A stretch of 64,000 nucleotides of DNA, taken from Azolla caroliniana. Taxonomy: Eukaryota; Plantae; Polypodiophyta. The position numbers and the translations under genes were made by a program. Positions 13,701-26,200 of this stretch are shown here, one piece after another. Positions within the stretch are counted from its first letter, which is position 1; every line of letters begins with the position of its first letter. The notes under the pieces were generated by a model that was given only the letters and a program-made list of their open reading frames with translations, had not been told where the DNA came from and did no database searches. The stretch lies in NCBI GenBank assembly GCA_043228905.1, contig JBHGNT010000018.1:17732001-17796000 (forward strand), read 5' to 3'.

Positions 13701-15308
13701 GAGGGCCAAGACACAAGCATGCATATGGCGGATGGGCGACAACGATTGACCGACAATGACGGTCGGGTCAAGCCTTCGAGAGGCAAGCGCGGGACGAAGG
13801 ACGGCGCGGCGAAACACCAAGATCGACGACATGCGCCGAGCGCGATCGGCATGAGCGGAGAGTCGTATCTAGGAAAACGGAGGAGATGCGCGGAGAACAA
13901 CGGGGTACAAACCGGGAAGAGAAAGCGCGACGGTTTTCTGGAGGGCATACAAGGCCAAGCGGGCCAAGAGGGCGCAAGTCGAGGCGAGGTGATAACGAGA
14001 GCCTCGAGGGACACCGACACGGAGGTCGGGATGACGATACACTCTACTACGAGAGAGCACGGCGAAAAAGGGGAAAGCGAAAAAAGCGTGATGGGGTCAT
14101 CGAAGGACCGAAGCACGAGCACGCATTCAGAGGGAAACATCGACATACGGGGAAAGCCTACGGAAGGGAAGCGCGGAGCGGAGAGAGTCGGCACGCCGAG
14201 GTGTGCGGCACGCAATGGGCGGAATCCGGCATGCGACCGGGAGTGCATCCGGAGGATATACGAGGCAGACAAAGGAAGAGCAACCGGGTCGGCGACGGCG
14301 TTCGGGAGGACCGAACGGGGAGGAAAGCACGGGCATCGGATACGGCGGGTCGGATGTAGTCGGTGGTTCAAGGACCCACGGTGGACGTGGCGGATCGGGT
14401 GGAGGCAACGACTCGGCGAACATCGTCGAGTGTGGCGGATCAGATGGCGCCGACGGTTCGAGACCTTTTGGCGAGGATGGTGGGCCGGAAGGCTGCGGCG
14501 GTTCGTGTGGACGGGGTGGTCTTGCTCGAAGTGGAAGACAAAGCCGGGCGGGCCCACGAGGACGCTAAGGACTCAGTCGGTTGTCGTGGCCGAAAATCTT
14601 GTGTTCTCTCCCCTATGTTTTGGCACATACCGGAGGATGTGCGGTTAGGTGGGGGCGGATGTCGTGAAGATTTTCGTCCACAAGCGGAAACCCGAGCAAC
14701 GAGAGCCAAAGAGCGATGTGCAACGTTGCACTCGTACATAATGTATTTGTAATAGTAATAAAGGTATAAAGGTGATGTGGTTGTACGCACATCCACGCGA
14801 GAGAGAGAGAGAGAGGTACTATGCGGTACATAGGTACCTAGTTGTTTGTGAGGAGGTGGGAGTTAAGGGGCCATCAATCTCACCCTTCCCCAAATTAAGG
14901 CAAATATCCCCTTTGAATGAAAGGGATATTTTAGTCTCACTTTTGTAGACGGTCTTCCTTCCTTGTGCTATAAAAGGAGAGAGAAGGCATCATTGTGGGG
15001 GTTGCCTATTTTGAGTGTGCGAGGTATACCACATAGGTCGTGCGTTAGGGTTCGGTTAGGGTTTTCTTCTTGGGTTTTCCTTTAGGGTTTTCTTATAGTC
15101 GTTTGGTGCGGCCATGGCGGCCACTATTGTAAAGCGTTTATGTTTCCTTAATCGAACTTCTTGTTGAGTATCTTGATGGCATCTTCTTCTTCTATCATAA
15201 TGTCATATTCGTTCTCTTCTCCTCTTGAGCTAATCTTTCTCCTCCACTCCCTGGTCCAAGACCCCTGTGGTCCCGCCCTTCTACACGCACGCGCATAATA
15301 ACACGACA
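10707..15308 (+). mobile_element. Non-autonomous gypsy element D (gag-like N-terminus plus long repetitive ORF, no pol)
   Basis: LTRs 10707-11353 and 14660-15308, tRNA-Trp PBS 11358-11375, G-rich PPT before 14660, 4-bp TSD ACGG. Confidence 0.92.
11391..14648 (+). CDS. Gag-derived ORF of D with acidic, Gly-rich internal repeats; one in-frame TGA at 12951-12953
   Basis: The 520-aa and 563-aa ORFs are in the same frame. N-terminus VGRFNGNEVLKILGAY resembles E gag IGMFDGTNISKYVNIY. Confidence 0.7.
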
Positions 15309-15736
15309 ACGGAAAAAAGCGCAGGAATAGGAAATAGTATAAGATTGTAACGCATGTAACAGTTCACGCGGGGAGTGTGAATGGCTAAAAGACCCTGCGT
15401 ATATAAAGGGCAGAAAACCTCTGATACAGGTAGCGTGTAATTTTGGGAATTTAAAGAAGCGTATCGTAATAGAATTCTATCATCTCTGATATCTGCGTAT
15501 ATCTACGGCTAATCTACTGTGTGTTTGTAACACCTGAGAGTGTAGAGTAAGCAATGGCGAGTGTGTATCCACTGATAAGGAGCTCGGTTGTAGCTATCTC
15601 TCTTATATGCCGCTAGGTTACGAGGAACATTCCCGTACGTATTACGCACAGACACTACTGTTCGTTGTCACACGGTCACTTGGAGGTCTAGGTCGAAGGA
15701 CTGACCGTAGACCGTGTTCCTAATAGGTAACACTTT

Positions 15737-15750
15737 TGGCACGCTTGGTG
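15737..15750 (+). promoter_or_regulatory. PBS of element C, complementary to the tRNA-Arg(UCU) 3' end
   Basis: TGGCACGCTTGGTG versus the complement of the recalled plant tRNA-Arg end CACCAGGCGTGCCA; 1 mismatch. Confidence 0.75.
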
Positions 15751-17541
15751 ATCTGTGTCTTCTCACAGACAAACAACAACGAATGGATGTTTAGCCGCAG
15801 ATGCCCTAGAGAACCGACACGACCAGATTGGCCAATCAGAAGGTCCATCACACGCTAGGCAGAGGACTGCGCACGGCAGAAACCTCGCCTCAGCGACCTC
15901 AACACTACCTGCTATGATCACAAAGGTGATTTTCCGCTCTCCAAATACCTCGATGATACGCGGGGAGCACGCTCACCACAATAGCACTGTGGTCTTTTTC
16001 GACCTGCCGTAGCCCTCAGCATGGCCTTTGCCTATCCCCGTTTTAACGGCGAAACCGACGCCGCAACTCATATTCACATGTTCCTCAATGTCTGGAATGC
16101 AAACCACATGGCGCAGAGTCTTTATGAGGCGACATCGCACCAGTCCAAAATGACGGAGTTTGGGTTAACATTGGATGGGCGAGCGGCATTCTAGCATTCA
16201 CAGATGGATTTGCCAGCAATCACGACCTTCGATCAGCTGTAGTCCGCCTTTTTGCGGTTCTTCCATCGGAGGGTTCCACAACGAGAAATCCTCGGACAGT
16301 TCTACACAATTAAGCAGCTGCCGACCAAGACAATCGCAGACTTCAGTTTATGGTTCCAAAATTTACGGCGGAAACTAGAATGGAGCCCTGCGGAGGACGA
16401 AGCTTGGTAGACATTTTTGGTAGCATTACACCGACCCATACGGAAAACGCTCAACAACAATAGCGTGAAAGGGGAAACAACGGATATGATCATTGAACGA
16501 GCATTACAGCTCGAGCTGGACGACGAAGAGGAAAGGTTTTCTATGTCCTCATTACGACAAGCGTTACCTCAGGACAAGGAACGATAGTTTCGTCAAGCAA
16601 TCCAGTGCACGATTTGTTTGAAATCGGGGCATTCCGCAGTGGAGTGCAACATGCGAATCCACTGCCCAATCTGCCACTCAAAGGCTCACACAGTCGAACA
16701 GTGCGAATCCAATATGTTGAACAGAGCCGCTCCCACAATATGCTGTCGTGAAGTATGAAAGCTTCACATTAAAAGTCTACAATAAGATAAAAGTCCCAGG
16801 CATATATTGTTTCATACATAAAAGCTCAAATGAGCGAGATGTTTATCATGCATCACATGTAATGCATGAACGCCAAATGGCGACCATGCATCACATGCAT
16901 GTCTTGTACCCTCCAATGCATCATATGCATGGGGGCACCTATTTAAAGGGTGAAAGAGAAGATCAAAAGGGGAAGAGGTATGAGATATCAATCAAATTAT
17001 GTATTACATAAGAGATACCATGAAAATAGAGAAAGAAGGGAAGAAGTTGAACATAAACATGGAGCTCTAGCTTGGCGGTCATGGCGGTCAACTCTCAACA
17101 AGAGGGAGGCGGTTCGAGCCTTATCTTCATCAAAATATTGAAGCAAAGATTGTAGTGGTCTACAATCAAGAAAGAGAAGAGCGATTACCTTGCAAGACAA
17201 AGTTCGGAGGTTCAACGACGTGCACAATCATTTTGTAACTCTTTCATGAAAATGATTATAAATTTCATACACTTTCTCATATATTATTTTATATCTTATC
17301 TTGTCTTATCTTATATTCCTTAAAAATCCTATTTTGTCATATCTTATTGATCTCTATTCACTCCATCTCTACTCTTTTGTCTCTTCCGTCCATAATCCCA
17401 GTGATTCCTTCCTCACTTTCACGTTATCCTTTGTGTGCGCAACGCTACGCTTCTAGGCGAGCCACGTCATGACACAATTTGGTGAACCCGACGTGAAACG
17501 GTGAAGTAGAAGAGACATCTAAAGTAAAGATCAACATCAAC

Positions 17542-20500
17542 ATGGCAATTACGAGTACAATGGATCTGGTAATGTTGTTTATTGAAAAGTTGAATCAAGA
17601 TCAATTATTTCATGCCTTACGAGAAGTCCGAGAGAAGATTGGTATGTTTGATGGCACAAATATTTCGAAGTATGTGAATATATATTATGATGAAATGGAA
17701 ATGTCTGGTATAAATGATGTCAATATGATAGCAAACTTTTATAAATGAGTGGAAATGTAATTAAGAGATAGAATTTGTGAAATACAAGCATTGCATAGTT
17801 TGGATTGGAATGCATTCAAAGAAGCACTTGTGTCTGAATATGCTCGTGAGGATTTCTCTCGAGTTACTATGCGTTCATTTCATGAATGGATTTTAAAAGA
17901 AGATAAAGGGTTATCTGTGGCTGACACAAAAAAAGAGTTTGATAGGATGTATGGACACTTAAAGCCAGAAGAAAGAAATTCTTTGTCTTGGCAAAAGGTT
18001 GCTTTATTTTTGCAGGCAGTTGACAAGAGATATAGAAAAGAATTGGAATTCATGCTTGAAGTACCAAATAATGAGGATGGTATAACTGCAGATTGGAATG
18101 AGGTAACAAATGCTTGTAATACATTTATGAAAAGAATGCAAAGGAATGGTGCAATGCTACAAATACCACATGTGGGAATCACAAATTGGCTTGAGCAAAA
18201 CATTGAAGTTCAAAGACTTGGTCGAGAACCATCACACGAAATGGTCCATCAACCACGAGAAATGATCGAAACTAAGAGTGAGTCTTTGCTTGATGATTTA
18301 GTTCAAAGTATGAAAGATCTAACAATTAAAGTGGCAAAGCTTGAGAATGGTCAGACTTCGAGGTCAAGGGAACCATTTCGACCTCGATGCATGTGGTGTG
18401 ATAGTCTCGAACATCGATTACGTGATTGTGCGGAATATAAAGACATGGAAAATCGAGACTTGGTGTATTGGAAAAATGGTAACATTTATTTAACTGAAAC
18501 TAGAAGTCCACTTACAAAGAACTTTGGTGATGGTGGTGTTAAGGTTAAATTTGAAGAAGCTGAAGCAAAGAAGGCTTCCGCAATGTACTACTCGGCAACG
18601 GCAGGAATGCCCCTCGATGACATGCCATCCCGATCATCATTCTGGGAGAAGGTTGTAAGTACCGCACAAAAGCAAAAGATGAAGATGGAAGACCTTCGTG
18701 TTGCCGGAGATTCTGTAAGGGAAAACACTGGATGAGATGTTCCAGTAGATGCTATGACGGTCTATGCTTAGATGGCAGAACACCAAGAGCATGAGGTGAT
18801 AGTGGAAGAAAAAAGGAAAAGGCCGGATGATGAGATTGGCTCAACAAAAAAGCATGAGACAAGGGACAACAAAAGGAAAGAGATGGACGCAAAGGTCGAA
18901 AAAGGTAAATCTGGTCCTTCATTCAAATTAATGTCTGATATTGAAAAGGATACAGATTTAAAGAAAGTTTTAGAAACAAGAATACTAGACAGTCGAGTAG
19001 AATTTACACTAAGAGAAGTGTTAGGTATTGCAAAAAAGGAATTTCATGATGAAATAATTGATATTGTGCGAAGAAAGAAGCAAGTAAATGAGCAGGTTAA
19101 AGAGACAAATCCGAAGGTGGCATATGAAGTGGTGAGCAACGAGTCAAACAATATCGTTGTTGACTCTCAACATGCATCAACCTCAATGATAAATTCAACA
19201 GATGTAAGAAGAAATTACTCTCGCAAATGTTGGGCAAGAGCCACTACTGAGCATCATGTGAAGATTGGAAATGTTCCAGAACCCGTGATGACACTTATTG
19301 ATCATGGTTCTGAAATAAATATAATGAGTGCTGATTTTTACAGGAAAGGTAGATGGCCAATTGATACTCAACATGGTTGGCGAGTAAAAGCTGCCACATC
19401 AGTCACGGAAGATTTATTTGGTGCATGCCCAAATGTAAAGGTTATTATTGGTGATATAGAGGTAGATCAACATTTCTTTGTGTAGGAAGGATTTACCTAT
19501 CCAATAATCCTGGGGCAACCATACATTACAGCGGTACGGATGGAGACCAAAGTCCTCGACAATGGTTCTGCCTATGTGAAAATCCTTAGCCAAGATGGAC
19601 GACGAACTGTACAATTTATGACAATTCACCCAAATCATGAGAGGAACAAGCAAGAGCTTCGTGATCATTCAAAACCAAAAGATTGTGATGATATTGATAA
19701 TCAGGTTTTTGACTAGGACTGTTGCGAGTGAGGATTGCAATAGTCCCATTATTAAAAGACCCTCATATAGGGCATTACAACATATGAATAAGTCATTTCA
19801 TGTTTCTGAAAGTGGTGCTATATGTGTGACTAGGATGTATGAATGCAAGAGGAACTTGAAAAAGAATGCTAATCTGTTTCAGCAGGCATTGAAGGATAAT
19901 GGAGTACTTGAAATGGAAGAGCAGATTGAAAGTGTTATGGAAGAAATTTCTTTTGCAAATACTTTAGAAGAGTTAGAAATGTATTTGAAAGAAGATGATG
20001 AGAATGTTAGAAAGATACATGTAAACTCAATTGATATGTATTATGTGATTGATAGGTATAATTGTAAATATGAAGAAGTAGAAAGTTTATGTAATACAAA
20101 ATACAAAACAATAGATAAAAAGGTCAAACCTGCTGTAGTACCATTACCTATTGGTAGTGAAGAGAAGATGGAGGCAGCAACAACCGAGCCTATGCTTCGA
20201 CCAATAGAGAAGATTGGACATCACTTCACTTCGGAGACAATAAATAACTTGAGAATCGGAAGGGGTGAATTTCTTCTGCAATCAGAGATCGCGACTTTCA
20301 AAGAAATGATCTTTAGGCATGGGAAAGCGTTCGCATTCAAAGCTGAGGAGATTGGTTGTGTAAATCCAAAGGTGGTGACGCCAATGGTAATATTTACTAT
20401 CCCTCATATTCCTTGGAATTTTAAATCTATTGCAGTACCGAGAGCTCGATTACCTCAATTGTTGGAGCTGCTAAAGGATAAAGTCAAGATGAAGATTTTA

Positions 20501-23164
20501 GAGCCTTCAAATGCACCATACTCCAATAGATGGTTCACAGTTCCAAAGAAAGATGGTTCTGTAAGATTCATTCAAGATCTACAATCAATCAACAAAGTCA
20601 CAATCCGAAATGCGGGAATCGGACCGATCGTTGATGAATTTGCGGAAGCGTTTGCTGGAAGAGCGATTTACTCTATGTGAGACCTATATTCAGGGTACGA
20701 CCAATTTCAACTAGCAATTGGTAGTCGCAATATCACAACAATGAAAACACCAATTGGGTTGGTTCGAATGTGCACCTACCTCAAGGTGCGACGAATTCGG
20801 TTGCTCATATGATGAATGCAATGAACAAAGTTCTACATGAATACATCCCAAAGGTAACTATGCCATTTTTAGATGATATTCCTATTAAGGGACGCTTAGA
20901 AAGAGAGAAAGATGAGACTATGGTTGGAAATGGTTGCAGAAAGTTTGTGATGGGTCACATTAATGACTGTGAAAGTATTTTAAATAAGCTTCAGCAGGTA
21001 CATTTGACACTATCAGGAACAAAGTCTTGCTTTGAGCAAAACGAAGTTCTAATAGTTGGTCATATGTGTGGGTGGTATGGGAGGAAGCCTTCACCGATCA
21101 AAATTAATGCAATACAAAATATGAAGGAAGTTTGCGACTCGGTAATAGAGGTGAGAAGATTTTTGGGTGCATGTGTGTTTTATCATATTTGGTTACCACA
21201 CTTTGCACATGTCTTAGATCCTCTCTACCAACTTTTAAGAAAAGGAAAGAAGTTTATTTGGACTGATGAACATACACAAGTTGTTCAACAGTTGAAAGAA
21301 GCATTACTGAAAGCACTAGTTCTTCATCAACCAGACTACAAAGGTGAAAGACCAATTATAGTAATAGTTGATACTAGCCCAATCGGGATCGGTTGGGTTA
21401 TCAACCAAGAAGGTGAAGACCAACATCGATATGCTATCAGATTTGGAGCAAAGATATTAAATGAAAGACAAAGAAACTATGCACAAGTTAAACGAGAATT
21501 GTGGGGTTTGCTTACTGCATTAAAAACAGATAGAGATTACTTGATTGGAGTAGATGTAGTGGTTGAAACAGATTGTTTGCCACTCATTGGAATGATAGCA
21601 AGTTGCACGACACCAGATATTGCAATGCTCCGGTGGATTGCATACATCAGAACCATGAACCCAGAATTGCGGCATATAAAGGGAAAAGACAACCCAGTTG
21701 CAGATATGCTGTCAAGGGCAAGGTTCATAAATGAAAAGGTGATGCAAACTAAAGATAAGAACTGGGCAACTACAAGCCATCAATTTGCTCATCAAGAATC
21801 TATTACGCCTCATGATGAGTTTAATGGAAGTATAATGTTCAAAGACACAGAGTATGAAGGTCAATGGTTAGAAATAGGAAATTTTCTAAAGACTCAAGAA
21901 GCCAACCCATCATGGTCGAAGAAACAATTAAATGAATTTCGAAGACGGGCATTCAAGTTTTTTTTACATGAAGGGCATTTATGGAGGCGTCCAAAAAGGC
22001 TAACCGAAAATCCTCTTCGAGTCATTTGTAAGGATGACATTAAGAGAAAATTAATTAATGAATTCCATGATAGTTTGTGGGCAGGACATAGAGGCATATG
22101 GGCGACATTTATGAAGTTGAAAGAAAAGTATTGGTGGACACATGTATAAAGATGTAACGAAATTTATGGAAACCTGTGAGGTTTGCGAGAGGTATTCAAC
22201 TATCCGGTATCGAGATGAGCTAAAACCAACATATTCATCATCAATGCATTATAAATGGATGGTCGATCTAGTGACAATGCCACTTGGGGAAGGTCAAATG
22301 CGATATTTAGTACTAGCAAGAGAAGACCTTACAAACCAAGTAGAAGGAAGACCACTACGACAAAAAACAACTAGAGCTGTATGTAAATTTTTGTTAGAAG
22401 ATGTAATATGTCGTTACGGGTGTGTTGGTAAAATAATTGCAGATAGAGGAGAACTCGACTCTGATGAAGCTAGAGAATTCTTCAACCGAATAGGGGTCAA
22501 ATTATCACTTACAACTGCGTATAATCCAGAAGCCAATGGAAAGATTGAAAGAGGACATAGCCCGATAGTTAAGGCGATTGTGAAAAGCTGTAAAGGTAAA
22601 ATAAGAGATTGGCCACGCATGCTACCTTGTGCACTATGGGCGGATCGAACAACTCATAGTTCAGTAACAGGATACATGCCAATTGAATTGATACTTGGCC
22701 AAAAGCCCATCATGCCGATAGAAGAATCAATTATGTCATGGATATCTATTCCATGGAGAGAAGAGGTGAGCAGAGAAGAATTACTTGCTTTGCGAATTCA
22801 ACAATTAGAGCGTCGACCTGAAGATATAGAAATAGCAACCCAACGATTGAAGGAGGCTCGACTAAAGAACAAAATTCATTTTGATAAAACTCATAGAATT
22901 CGACCTAAGAAAATAGAAGAAGGAGATTGGGTGCTCGTGTATGATAGCAATTTAGATAATCAACATAGCATTGTCCGCAAGTTCGCTGAAAGATGGTTTG
23001 GGCCTTATATAGTAAGAAAAGTATATGATAACTTTACTTATAAGCTTAGTGAATTGGATGGGACACTAATCCTAAACGTGGTAGTTGGAAAGAGGATAAA
23101 AGTATTTAAGAAAAGGTTTGAGCTTGAACCTCCTCCAATAGATCAACATGAAGATGAAAGATAG
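17542..23164 (+). pseudogene. gag-PR / RT-RNaseH-INT of element E
   Basis: CMWCDSLEHRLRDC knuckle, LIDHGSEINIM protease, DLYSGYDQF and PFLDDIP RT, IVDTSPIG RNase H, H-H-C-C plus IADRGEL integrase, WFGPY. Several stops and frameshifts. Confidence 0.92.
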
Positions 23165-23235
23165 TGGCACATGCCGGAGGATGTGCAAGTCTAGAGGGGG
23201 TGGATGTCGTGAAGTACGAAAGCTTCACATTAAAA

Positions 23236-26200
23236 TGTTGAAGACAGTGCTCGGCCACAACCGAGGAATAGGATCAACTCACACAGAAAACGGGAAATAC
23301 CAAAATGCACGAAGACAATAGAGAGAAGAGTACACAGGATATTTTACGTGGAAAACCCTAAATGGAAAAAAAACCACGGGAGTCCTCAAACTCCAACTAT
23401 CACTATGAACAGAGATGTACAATGGTGAAGCTTCAAGGCAACAACCTTGAGCTCACTGTCTTCGCCACAGGCGGCGGTAATACACAGAGGCAACGACCTC
23501 TTCGTCCCTCTCTCTCTGTCTCTCTCTCTCGGCTGCTCACTTAGCTCCCCCTAAGTGGAAAAACAGAAAAGTAAGTAACAACAGTGACAACTGTTTACCC
23601 TAAGTCATATTTATACACATATGACTTTCAGGCTATTTACAAATATAGCCTCAAGAGCCCTTGGCAAACATATTCACAAATATGTCCCCGTATCCGTATC
23701 TCTCTCCGGGTACATTCGTCATCCTGCTCCGTAACCGGGGTCTTCATCATCCGGCTCCGTAGCCGGGGTCTCCATCATCCGGCTCCGTAGCCGGGGTCTT
23801 CATCCGGCTTCATGCCGGGTACTCTTCATCCTCCGGTTCTGTAACTGCAACCGGGCTTGCCGTCATTCATCTCCGGACATCCCATCCGGAGGGACCGACA
23901 TCCCAACAAACTCCCCCTTCACTTCGGCATGGGATGTCTCTCCAATCCGACCCTCTTCCGGCATGCTTCCAGCTTGTCGGGTGTGAGCACCTTGGTCAGC
24001 ATATCCAACCCGTTCTCGTCCGTATGGATCTTCGCCAGCACGAACTCCTTGTCTTCTATCCTTTCCCGGATCCAGTGATATCTTCGCTGGATGTGCTTCG
24101 TCCGGGAGTGATAGGCCGCGTTCTTCGCAAGGTGGATGGCACTCTGACTGTCGCAGTAGAGTCGGTACTCCTCCTACCGGATACCGAGCTCTCTAATGAA
24201 GTCCTTCATCCATATTATTTCCTTGCCGGCTTCAACAGCCGCCATGTACTCCGCCTCCGTGGTTGACAACGCAACTGTCTTCTGCAGCCTCGACTGCCAT
24301 GAAACAGCTCCCCCTGCATACGTCATCACATACCCTGATGTGGACCGGCTGGTATCTGCATCAGCCGACATATCCGAATCGGTGAAGCCGTCGAGTTCGG
24401 GCTTACCGGAGCCGAATCGGAGGCACACGTTTGCCGTGCCCTTCAGGTATCGAAGTATCCACTTGGCCGCGTCCCAATGCTCTTTGCCGGGATTGCTCAT
24501 GTACCGGCTCACCACTCCGACTGCATATCCTATGTCCGGTCTTGTACACACCATTGCGTACATCAAGCTTCCGACGGCAGAGGCGTATGGTACTCTCATC
24601 ATGTCCTCCTTCTCAGCCTTTGTCTTGGGGCTTTGCTTGCTGGACAACTTGCAGGTTGCCGGGAGGGTTGAACCGACCGGTCTTGCTTCCGACATGTTGA
24701 ACCGGTGAAGCACCTTTGTCACGTACTTCTCCTGTGACAGCCACAACTGCTTCTTCTTCCGGTCCCGGATGATGTGCATCCCTAGTATTTGCCTCGCCGG
24801 ACCCAGGTCCTTCATTGAGAAGGTTCGGTGAAGAGCCTTCTTCAGCATCCGTATCTTGACCTGGTCTCGTCCGACGATCAACATGTCGTCCACGTACAGG
24901 AGGAGTATTAGAAAGTCTCCTCCTTCGAACTTCTTCACAAACACGCAGTGATCGGACTACGTTTTGTGGTACCCTTCGTCTGTCATGAAGGAGTCGAACT
25001 TCCGGTACCATTGCCGGGGAGCCTGCTTCAGACCGTAAAGGCTCTTCTTCAACCGGCATACCAGGTGCTCCTTCCCTTTCTTCTCGAATCCTTCCGGTTG
25101 CTGCATGTAGATCTCTTCTTCGAGGTCACCGTGAAGGAATGCCGTCTTCACGTCCATCTGTTCTATCTCGAGGTCCATGCTTGCCGCTATGCTCAGCACC
25201 GTCCGGATGGAGGTCATCTTCACTACCGGGGCAAATATCTCGTCGAAGTCGACGCCCTTCTTTTGTTGAAACCCCTTCACCACGATCCTGGCTTTGTATC
25301 TCGGGGGGTTTCCGGCATCTCCCGGTTTCAGCTTGAACACCCACTTGTTACGGAGTGCCCGTTTTCCTTTCGGCAACTCCACAAGTTCATATGTGTGGTT
25401 CTCATGCAGGGAATCCATCTCCTCCTGCATGGCACTTAACCACCTGCGGCTATGGGTGTCATGCTTCGCTTCTTCAAAGCTCTCCGGCTCCCCCTCGTCG
25501 GTTAGCAGCACGTGCTCTGGTTCCGGAAATCTCCGGGGAGCCCTTCTCTCTCTTAGAGGATATCTCCGTTCCGGAGCTTCGGTAACCGGTTCTTCCGATT
25601 CTTCTTCATCCGAATCCATTTCGGGATCGGGGCCGGTTCCGGTATCATTTTCATCTTCTTCGGCCGGTTCTATTTCTTCACCGTCTTCGGCCGGATCTTC
25701 GAGTGTTAACCGGTCCCTTGCCGGTCGGGACTGCTCCTCGTAGAGTTTATCCTCACCGGTCGACTTGGAGCTCTTCATCTTCTTCTCCGACTCCCAGTCG
25801 GCGAGTGTCTTGTTCTCCATGAAGATGATATCACGACTCCGGAATATCTTCTTGTCGACCGGGTCCCATACTCGGTAGCCGAACTCGTCGTTGCCGTAAC
25901 CGAGGAATATGCATGGCCGGGTCTTTGGATCTAGCTTTCCTCTCCGGTCCTTTGCCACATGCACGTATGCGAGACACCCGAACACCTTCAGATGCCGGTA
26001 GGACACTTCCTTACCGGTCCACACTCTCTGTGGCGTGTCTCCATCCAGGGGTACTGAGGGTGATCTATTTATCACATATGTCGCCGTCGACATTGCCTCA
26101 GCCCAAAGTCCCTTGGGTAATTTCGCATGTGCTAAGATACTCCGGACCCTCTCCATTATGGTCCGGTTCATCCTCTCGGCCAGCCCGTTCAGTTCCGGCG

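Noticed and set aside
11647-14796. Many overlapping antisense and alternative-frame ORFs in D (and similarly in H)
   Set aside because: These are expected shadows of GC-rich coding sequence and show no recognisable motifs.
19700-19720. Programmed frameshift at the gag/pol junction of E
   Set aside because: The frame change reads +1 in this decayed copy and there is no second copy for comparison, so it cannot be told from an indel.
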